Source of the DNA: an uncultured Candidatus Saccharibacteria bacterium
Lineage (GTDB): Bacteria > Patescibacteriota > Minisyncoccia > 2-02-FULL-40-12
Reading direction: 5' to 3'
DNA length: 64,000 nt
Assembly (NCBI GenBank): GCA_964368135.1
Contig: CAYIZI010000002.1
Coordinates: 16,241 to 80,240, forward strand
How positions within the stretch are numbered: the first letter of the stretch is position 1; each line of letters starts with the position of its first letter. This document shows positions 1 through 5,507 of this stretch, piece after piece. Both the position numbers and the translations under genes were made by a program. The notes beneath the pieces are model-generated. The model saw only the letters and a list, made by a program, of their open reading frames with translations. It was not told the origin of the DNA and searched no databases.

Positions 1-315
1 GGAAAATTCATGAAACAAAAAATCCTCCCTGATTACGTTTCCGTAGCTTGAGAGAATTCCTTTTATTCTGATAACTTCATCTTTCAGGTTAAAGCCGTCG
101 AAATTTTTCCTCAATTCTCTTAAAGATGCTTCTTCAATCTGGCGAATCCTTTCTCTGGTAATCTTATATTTTTTCCCGATAGATTCTAAAGTTTCTACGG
201 TCCCAGTTTTTAAACCAAATCTCCTGGAGATAATATCTTCGCCCCTAGAACTTAAGGATTTTAAAACATCTGAAATAGAGTTAGTGAATTTGGTTTTTTC
301 TTGCTCATTCAACAT
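1..315 (-). CDS. sigma-70 region 4 domain protein (N-terminal part; 3' end runs off the window)
   Basis: Minus-strand ORF starting at the ATG at 313-315 and running off the window start. The translation MLNEQEK...DIISRRFGL...TLESIGKKYKITRERIRQIEEASLRELRK matches sigma-70 region 4.1/4.2 HTH consensus (RFGL; TRERIRQIE). It is not in the ORF track because no stop codon lies within the window. Confidence 0.55.
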   Translation of the reverse strand, partial: MLNEQEKTKFTNSISDVLKSLSSRGEDIISRRFGLKTGTVETLESIGKKYKITRERIRQIEEASLRELRKNFDGFNLKDEVIRIKGILSSYGNVIREDFLFHEFS

Positions 316-329
316 ATCAGGGTTATAAT
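301..329 (+). promoter_or_regulatory. putative sigma-70 promoter of murD (TTGCTC-17nt-TATAAT), near-leaderless
   Basis: TTGCTC at 301-306, a 17-nt spacer, then TATAAT at 324-329. The murD ATG is at 347, so the leader is only about 11 nt and shows no Shine-Dalgarno. Confidence 0.35.
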
Positions 330-346
330 ATCATTTACTTTATACT

Positions 347-1627
347 ATGTCAACAATCAATTTGAAAAACAAGAAGATAGCTATTTTAGGGCTGGGCCGC
401 GAGGGCTCGGCCACTTTAAAGTTCCTCAAAAAAAATAAAATAAAGGCGGATGTACTGGATTTAAAACTTGATAAAAATTATGCTGATCAAATTAAAAATT
501 ATGAGGTTATTTTCAGAACTCCGGGCTTTCCCCGGCTCCATCCCGGGCTTTTGACTGCAGAAAAAAACGGAGTAATTATTTCAAGTCATATTAAATTATT
601 TTTTGACTTATGTCCGGTAAAAATTATCGGCATTACCGGCACCAAAGGAAAAACCACAACTGCCTCTCTGGTTTATCAGATTCTAAAAAGCAGGTACGGG
701 AAAAAGGTATTTCTTGCCGGGAATATCGGTGAACCGGCCTTGGATATTTTGCCAAAGCTGAAAAAAGATTCCCTGATTGTCCTTGAGCTTTCAAGTTTCC
801 AGCTTCAGGATTTATACAAAAGTCCTCACGTAGCTGTAATTACCAATGTAGCTCTGGACCATATGGATCCAGCCGGAAAATTTGCTCCGGCCACTCATCA
901 AACCGCCAAAGAATACTTTGACGCTAAGATGAATATTCTAAAACATCAAAAATATGGGGATTTTGCCATAATCCATCCATCGCTTAAAAAGAAAACTAAA
1001 AATGTAGGCCAGGGTAAAAAAATATATCCCACTCCCCTGCCCTTAAAAACCAAACTAATTGGTAGACACAATTTAGAAAATATTGCTCTGGCCGCAGCCG
1101 TCGGAAAAATCTTTAAAGTGCCGAAAAATAAAATTCTAAAAGCCGTTGAAAATTTCAAAGGCATTGAGCACCGGCTTGAATTTGTCGCTAAAATTAACGG
1201 CGTTTCTTTTTATAACGATTCGGCCGCCACCAACCCGGACGCGACTTTGACAGCGCTAAAATCATTTGAAAAACCAGTTCACTTGATTTTGGGCGGCTCG
1301 GATAAAGGATTAGATTATAAAAATTTAATAAAATATATTGCCAAAGCCAAAAATATTAAGACCGTGGTGCTTATTGGACAGATAAAGAATAAATTAAATA
1401 AATTATTAAAGAATTACGAATTACGAATTACGAATTTAAAGACCAAAAGGGTTAAAACCTTAAAAGAAGCTGTATTGACTTGTTTTAAAAGTAGTGGTAG
1501 AAATGAGGTGGTCCTTTTGTCTCCGGCGGCGGCGAGTTTTGATATGTTTGCCAACTACGCCCAGCGCGGGGATGAGTTCAATAAAATCGTAAACAGAATG
1601 GAGGAGAGAAATGCCCGGAGTAAATGA
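347..1627 (+). CDS. murD: UDP-N-acetylmuramoyl-L-alanine--D-glutamate ligase
   Basis: 426 aa. Has the Mur ligase ATP-binding motif GITGTKGKTTT, an N-terminal Rossmann segment (KKIAILGLGREG) and the Mur ligase C-terminal domain. Carries an in-frame (AATTACG)3 insertion encoding NYELRITN near the C-terminus. Confidence 0.9.
   Translation: MSTINLKNKKIAILGLGREGSATLKFLKKNKIKADVLDLKLDKNYADQIKNYEVIFRTPGFPRLHPGLLTAEKNGVIISSHIKLFFDLCPVKIIGITGTKGKTTTASLVYQILKSRYGKKVFLAGNIGEPALDILPKLKKDSLIVLELSSFQLQDLYKSPHVAVITNVALDHMDPAGKFAPATHQTAKEYFDAKMNILKHQKYGDFAIIHPSLKKKTKNVGQGKKIYPTPLPLKTKLIGRHNLENIALAAAVGKIFKVPKNKILKAVENFKGIEHRLEFVAKINGVSFYNDSAATNPDATLTALKSFEKPVHLILGGSDKGLDYKNLIKYIAKAKNIKTVVLIGQIKNKLNKLLKNYELRITNLKTKRVKTLKEAVLTCFKSSGRNEVVLLSPAAASFDMFANYAQRGDEFNKIVNRMEERNARSK
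1412..1436 (+). repeat. heptanucleotide microsatellite (AATTACG)3AATT, copy 1 (inside murD, sense orientation)
   Basis: Exact 25-nt string AATTACGAATTACGAATTACGAATT read directly on the + strand. Confidence 0.9.
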
Positions 1628-1904
1628 TCGTATTGTAATAGTCTTCCCCTCTGATTGGTCGGCTGTTGAAGTAATTAAAATCGTCTACGACTTTGAAAAC
1701 ATTATCCGGAAGGAACGAACTGTTTTCAAAGACCTGGGTGATCGGCTTAGATTTACCCTGTTCCTCAATAGACCCGATACGTCAGACGAAGGAGAGGCGT
1801 CAAGATATGTAAACTTGGCATATGAGTTTACAAACAGGCTGTTCGAAGCCGGCTGCGAATTGATTGAAACAGATATCGCCGACTTCCGCGTCTCGACCGC
1901 CTGA
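1611..1904 (+). CDS. hypothetical protein (97 aa)
   Basis: ORF overlapping the murD 3' end by 17 nt. GC is intermediate; no recognisable motif. Confidence 0.35.
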   Translation: MPGVNDRIVIVFPSDWSAVEVIKIVYDFENIIRKERTVFKDLGDRLRFTLFLNRPDTSDEGEASRYVNLAYEFTNRLFEAGCELIETDIADFRVSTA

Positions 1905-1956
1905 TCCGAAAAAACCTCTCGCCAACCAAAGAGCCTGTCTGAAGCGACCGGCTCTT

Positions 1957-2835
1957 TTACTTTTTATGCAACACCATCAAAATAGGACTGGCTACGAATA
2001 TAGATGAATAAGCCCCAGAAGCGATTCCGATAATTAAAGCTAAAGAAAAATTTTTCAAAGTCGGACCGCCGAAAATGTAAATCGCAATTACGGCAAAAAG
2101 AGTAGTTAAGGTCGTATTTATAGAACGGACTAAGGTTTGTTTAATACTCCGATGAACTGTTTCGTTAAAATTCCCTGAAGGATTTTTAAAAACATTCTCT
2201 CTGATTCTATCATAAACCACCACCGTATCATTGATTGAATAACCCAAAATGGCCAGGGCCGCGGCAATCATTGGCGCGTCAATCTGAACCCCCTTGAATA
2301 GACCGAGTAAAACAAAAACTCCGATCGGTATTAATAAGTCGTGGATTAAAGCGATAACTGCACCCAAGGCCAGAACAAAAGGACTTATCACCCCGCCGAT
2401 TTTTCTAAAAACAACGGCTAAGTAAGCTGAAATTAAGAGCAAAGCCGCTACTATCGCAATAATGCTTTTTCTTTTTAGTTCCGCGCCGATAGTTAAACCG
2501 ATTGAATCAAACCGTTTTTCCTCAAGCTCGCCCAATTGATTTAAACCATTTAAAACTTCCTGATGTTTTTCTTCCGAAATCTCCGGCATCCTGATTAACA
2601 ATCCTTTCTCACCTGCCTGTGAAATTGCCGCATTTGTTATTCCTTCTTTTTCTAAAATCTCTCTTATCCTCCCTAATTCGTAATTCGTAATTCGTAATTC
2701 ACTAAATTCTGCTTCTAACAACGCTCCACCAGTGAAATCAATCCCTAAATTCAAGCCGTAAATCAAAAACACCGCCAGAGAAGCGAGCATCAAAATAACC
2801 GAGATTGAAAAGAAGATTTTGTAGAGAGTCAGCAT
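1957..2835 (-). CDS. secF: protein translocase subunit SecF
   Basis: 292 aa. Has an N-terminal TM segment, a periplasmic domain, and the C-terminal six-TM SecD/SecF/RND-like bundle (GLNLGIDFTGG...). Size fits SecF rather than SecD. Contains copy 2 of the (AATTACG)3 repeat encoding ELRITNYEL. Confidence 0.85.
   Translation of the reverse strand: MLTLYKIFFSISVILMLASLAVFLIYGLNLGIDFTGGALLEAEFSELRITNYELGRIREILEKEGITNAAISQAGEKGLLIRMPEISEEKHQEVLNGLNQLGELEEKRFDSIGLTIGAELKRKSIIAIVAALLLISAYLAVVFRKIGGVISPFVLALGAVIALIHDLLIPIGVFVLLGLFKGVQIDAPMIAAALAILGYSINDTVVVYDRIRENVFKNPSGNFNETVHRSIKQTLVRSINTTLTTLFAVIAIYIFGGPTLKNFSLALIIGIASGAYSSIFVASPILMVLHKK
2675..2699 (-). repeat. heptanucleotide microsatellite (AATTACG)3AATT, copy 2 (inside secF, sense orientation)
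   Basis: The + strand reads AATTCGTAATTCGTAATTCGTAATT, which is AATTACGAATTACGAATTACGAATT on the secF sense strand. Confidence 0.9.
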
Positions 2836-2902
2836 AAAGTAATTCTATCATATAAAATTTTGCCGCCGACATCCATACTGAACGCCGGCGGCAACGAAAG
2901 TG

Positions 2903-3688
2903 CTAAACCTTGCTGTTTTTCGGCTGATACCAGAACAAACCTCCTTCTGTGGTCACTGTGAAATCACCGAAGAGATGAGGATACCGTTTGGTGACGATTT
3001 CTCCCACCTTACCGAAAACGAGACGAATTTCTTCTTCGGCGGTCGGGTGAGTCCGCATTTCCAGAATCCATCGAATGGTCCGCGGATTGGCTGACCAGCC
3101 GATGGTCGTAGCCAAACCGATTGGAGCGATTCGGCGCATCGCCGAGGTGATGACCTTCTTAACATGAAAAGGAACTCCCGAATCGTCAAGGCGGAAAAGT
3201 TCGGCAAGCTTGATCTGAAGTCCCTCCAAATGACGGAATGTCTCGCCGAAAACCTCAACAGCCTGCTCGTTTTCACGAATGACCGTCGGCAGCCACTGAC
3301 CAAGATCTTCGAGCCGCACAAACCGGAGGGACTCCTGGGAAATGGCTACGCCGGCACGATGCCGTACGAGTTCGTGAGTGAACACCCGCGAAACGTCGAC
3401 AAAAACAAAGTTCATCACCGGATGCTCGATGACCGAACCGTGCTTCACGTTCAAAATGTTCCCAAGGTAGTCGCTGTTGTGCTCACGAATCTTGGTGACG
3501 TTCCGGTTCATTCCAGGCTGGAAACTCCGATAACATAACCTGCCCATAACCTCCACCAGTTTTTCGGAGTCGGTCGGGGCATCGGAAACCCAATCTGGGA
3601 TGCCAAGATAATCGAGATAGGCCCAAAGTCCTTCTTCGACAATCCTGGTTTCGCCGACAAGGAAAACTTGCGGTTCGACTTTATGCAT
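2903..3688 (-). CDS. thyX: FAD-dependent thymidylate synthase ThyX
   Basis: Contains the ThyX signature ELVRHRAGVAISQESLR (RHR-X7-8-S motif); length about 260 aa. The start is chosen at the internal ATG at 3688, which follows a GGGGAGG Shine-Dalgarno at 5-nt spacing. The track ORF extends to 3745. High GC (>55%) unlike the flanks. Confidence 0.8.
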   Translation of the reverse strand: MHKVEPQVFLVGETRIVEEGLWAYLDYLGIPDWVSDAPTDSEKLVEVMGRLCYRSFQPGMNRNVTKIREHNSDYLGNILNVKHGSVIEHPVMNFVFVDVSRVFTHELVRHRAGVAISQESLRFVRLEDLGQWLPTVIRENEQAVEVFGETFRHLEGLQIKLAELFRLDDSGVPFHVKKVITSAMRRIAPIGLATTIGWSANPRTIRWILEMRTHPTAEEEIRLVFGKVGEIVTKRYPHLFGDFTVTTEGGLFWYQPKNSKV

Positions 3689-3863
3689 TGTCGCCTCCCC
3701 GATTTTTTTTGAGCGTAACGCAGTGGTACCATCCACCGTCCGCACCCTTTTTCAGTTCGACTTTTGCTGTCACTTCCTCTACGAGTTGGTTGCCATCGTA
3801 AATGATAACCCTGGCAGGATGATGAGAAGTGCCTACTTCTTGTTCAAGTTCAACCTTTACCAT
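3681..3863 (-). CDS. small hypothetical protein (60 aa), translationally coupled to thyX
   Basis: Starts MVKVELEQE..., preceded by a GGAGGG Shine-Dalgarno. Its stop overlaps the thyX start (ATGCATAA, 8-nt overlap). Same high-GC composition as thyX. Confidence 0.4.
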   Translation of the reverse strand: MVKVELEQEVGTSHHPARVIIYDGNQLVEEVTAKVELKKGADGGWYHCVTLKKNRGGDNA

Positions 3864-3904
3864 AAACCCTCCTGGTTTTTTTGATATCATTAATCTTATG
3901 AAAA

Positions 3905-3933
3905 AGAAAGGGCGGCGCATTGCGCCACCCGAT
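3905..3933 (-). terminator. putative GC-rich hairpin between dcd and the small ORF (attenuator/terminator candidate)
   Basis: GGGCGGCGC-ATT-GCGCCACCC inverted repeat (9-bp stem, one mismatch), followed on the minus strand by TTTCTTTTTC. Confidence 0.35.
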
Positions 3934-3944
3934 AGCTCACCTCT

Positions 3945-4496
3945 TCACAGAGTCTTCTGCCCCTGGAAGCGGACCCCCTGGAGTTTATCGTAGGTACGTT
4001 CGCACTCGCCATCGAGTTCCTCAAATGACAAATGAACCATGCCCATGTCGCCATAGATTCGTATTGGGACTGGGCTGGAGTTGGCTATATGGATGCGGAG
4101 CCGACCCTCCCAGCCAGGACTGATGCTCGAGATGTTGAGGCCGATGCCGACGCTGGAGTAAACAGTTTTCCCCACGCCGTGGGCAACGCAGTTCGGCGGA
4201 ATCCGAAAATACTCCAGAGTCATCGCCTCCGCAAAACCTCGCGGAGGGATGTCGTAGTACGGAACCGCTGACTTCTCAAAGTAAAACTCGTGGTCTAAGT
4301 TTAGGGGATCAAGCGTCTTGCCAGCGGCAACGGCCCAATCAAAGACCAAGATGCGCGGATCAAGCCGGGCGTCGTAGCCGGCTGGCTGAAGACCATAGGA
4401 AATGATTCCGTCTCCGGCCACACGCTCTGAAAACGGCGCAATCATCCAGTGTTCCAAAGCCATTTTCCTAATCCACCAATCGGGTTTTGATGCCAT
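3945..4496 (-). CDS. dcd: dCTP deaminase (dUTPase-fold)
   Basis: 183 aa. Has SYGLQPAGYDARL and GWEGRLRIHIANSSPVPIRIYGDMGMVHLSF, characteristic of the dCTP deaminase/dUTPase beta-barrel family. A GGGAGGTGA Shine-Dalgarno lies 4 nt before the ATG. High GC. Confidence 0.7.
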   Translation of the reverse strand: MASKPDWWIRKMALEHWMIAPFSERVAGDGIISYGLQPAGYDARLDPRILVFDWAVAAGKTLDPLNLDHEFYFEKSAVPYYDIPPRGFAEAMTLEYFRIPPNCVAHGVGKTVYSSVGIGLNISSISPGWEGRLRIHIANSSPVPIRIYGDMGMVHLSFEELDGECERTYDKLQGVRFQGQKTL

Positions 4497-4566
4497 AACT
4501 CACCTCCCGGGTAAGCAAAGCTAATCCACCAAGAAACGAACCAAAGTTGCTGGACTTAGTGTAGGG

Positions 4567-4968
4567 TCATTTCTTCTCAAAGTCCAGACAGACCGAATTG
4601 ATGCAGTATCTCTTTCCGCCTCGCTCACGCGGCCCGTCGTCAAAGACATGGCCCAGGTGAGCCCCGCATTTTTTGCAGAGAACTTCGGTTCGATTCATGC
4701 CACCACTATAATCCGGTTTCAACTCAATATTTCCCAGATTCTTTGGCTGGGTAAAACTTGGCCAGCCAGTTTCAGAATCAAACTTGGTATCCGAAGAAAA
4801 AAGCTCGGTCCCGCAAATCGCGCATTTATACATCCCCTTTTCGTGGTGCTTCCAATACTTACCCGAAAACGGCGCCTCGGTCCCTTTCTTCCTGGCTACT
4901 TCATATAGCTCCGGTGATAGTTCTTTATCTTTTTTCACTTTATTATTTTTATTCATATTATTTCTCAT
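4567..4968 (-). CDS. msrB: peptide-methionine (R)-S-oxide reductase MsrB
   Basis: SelR domain with two CxxC pairs (CAICGTEL...CKKCGAHLGH) and the GWPSF active-site motif. Has an N-terminal low-complexity N/K-rich extension. Confidence 0.85.
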   Translation of the reverse strand: MRNNMNKNNKVKKDKELSPELYEVARKKGTEAPFSGKYWKHHEKGMYKCAICGTELFSSDTKFDSETGWPSFTQPKNLGNIELKPDYSGGMNRTEVLCKKCGAHLGHVFDDGPRERGGKRYCINSVCLDFEKK

Positions 4969-4990
4969 AGCATCTTTGAATTTATTTTTG

Positions 4991-5230
4991 TTAAAGCTTA
5001 TATGTTTTTTCGCTGCGTTTCTGAATAGTAATAATAAATATAGAATTATTACTCTTACTGAAAATGATTCTTAATCTTTCCTTGCGTAATCGGAAAATAT
5101 CCTGATAGCCTTTTAATTTTTTAATATTAAGACTATTCCAATCCAAAGAAACTATTTTTTCAATTAAAAACTCGAGAAGTCTCCTGTCATCTTTGTTAAA
5201 TTTAGAAAGTAGTTTTTTAAGAGGCGGCAT
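4991..5230 (-). CDS. type II toxin, RelE/ParE family
   Basis: 79 aa. The C-terminal KGYQDIFRLRKERLRIIFSKSNNSIFIITIQKRSEKTY fits the RelE/ParE consensus (fRlRvGdyRiiy...i.il.i.hRkd.Y). Overlaps the upstream antitoxin by 14 nt. Confidence 0.65.
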   Translation of the reverse strand: MPPLKKLLSKFNKDDRRLLEFLIEKIVSLDWNSLNIKKLKGYQDIFRLRKERLRIIFSKSNNSIFIITIQKRSEKTYKL

Positions 5231-5459
5231 TTAGCTTATGAAGCTCTCTCAAAATTTTTTTGGCATCCACACCCTTTTTATTTAGTTTAGTAAAATCAAC
5301 GACGGTTTCCCAAAATCCCTCTTCTTCGTCAACAGAAGAAATCTTAAAAAGTGGTTTTGATTTTTTTACTACAATAAAAGACTCGCCTTTTTCTATACGA
5401 GAGATATATTTTTGCATATTTTCTCTCAACTCTTTTAATCCCAAAATATTGGTTCTCAT
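5217..5459 (-). CDS. type II antitoxin, Phd/YefM family
   Basis: 80 aa. The N-terminus TNILGLKELRENMQKYISRIEKGESFIVVKKSKPLFKI is typical Phd/YefM. It lies upstream of the toxin and overlaps it. Confidence 0.7.
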   Translation of the reverse strand: MRTNILGLKELRENMQKYISRIEKGESFIVVKKSKPLFKISSVDEEEGFWETVVDFTKLNKKGVDAKKILRELHKLNAAS

Positions 5460-5467
5460 AATGCTTA

Positions 5468-5489
5468 AAGTTTATCTTAAGATAAACTT
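5468..5489. promoter_or_regulatory. perfect 22-bp palindrome (AAGTTTATCTT|AAGATAAACTT) 9 bp upstream of the antitoxin start: putative TA operator
   Basis: Read directly from the sequence. It lies in the secA-antitoxin intergenic gap (5460-5507). Confidence 0.5.
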
Positions 5490-5507
5490 GGTGTCAAGGT
5501 TCATATT

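Noticed and set aside
946-1164. 72-aa ORF antisense to murD (and many similar antisense or alternative-frame ORFs, e.g. 2953-3321, 3164-3538, 6154-6390, 16486-16899, 16568-16850, 19038-19382, 22454-22900, 24975-25778, 35803-36126, 36286-36735, 57128-57834, 60418-60737, 63562-63814)
   Set aside because: They are entirely nested within longer ORFs that carry clear family motifs. The nested ORFs have no motifs or Shine-Dalgarno, and in the GC-rich segments long antisense ORFs are expected by chance.
1904-1957. Possible bidirectional terminator between the 97-aa ORF and secF (AGAGCC...GGCTCT with T-rich tail)
   Set aside because: The stem is short (about 6 bp) with a 15-nt loop; too weak to call.
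2858-2892. GC-rich inverted repeat TTGCCGCCG...CGGCGGCAA downstream of thyX
   Set aside because: 9-bp stem but a 17-nt loop and no T-tract, so it is not reported as a feature. It may mark the island boundary.
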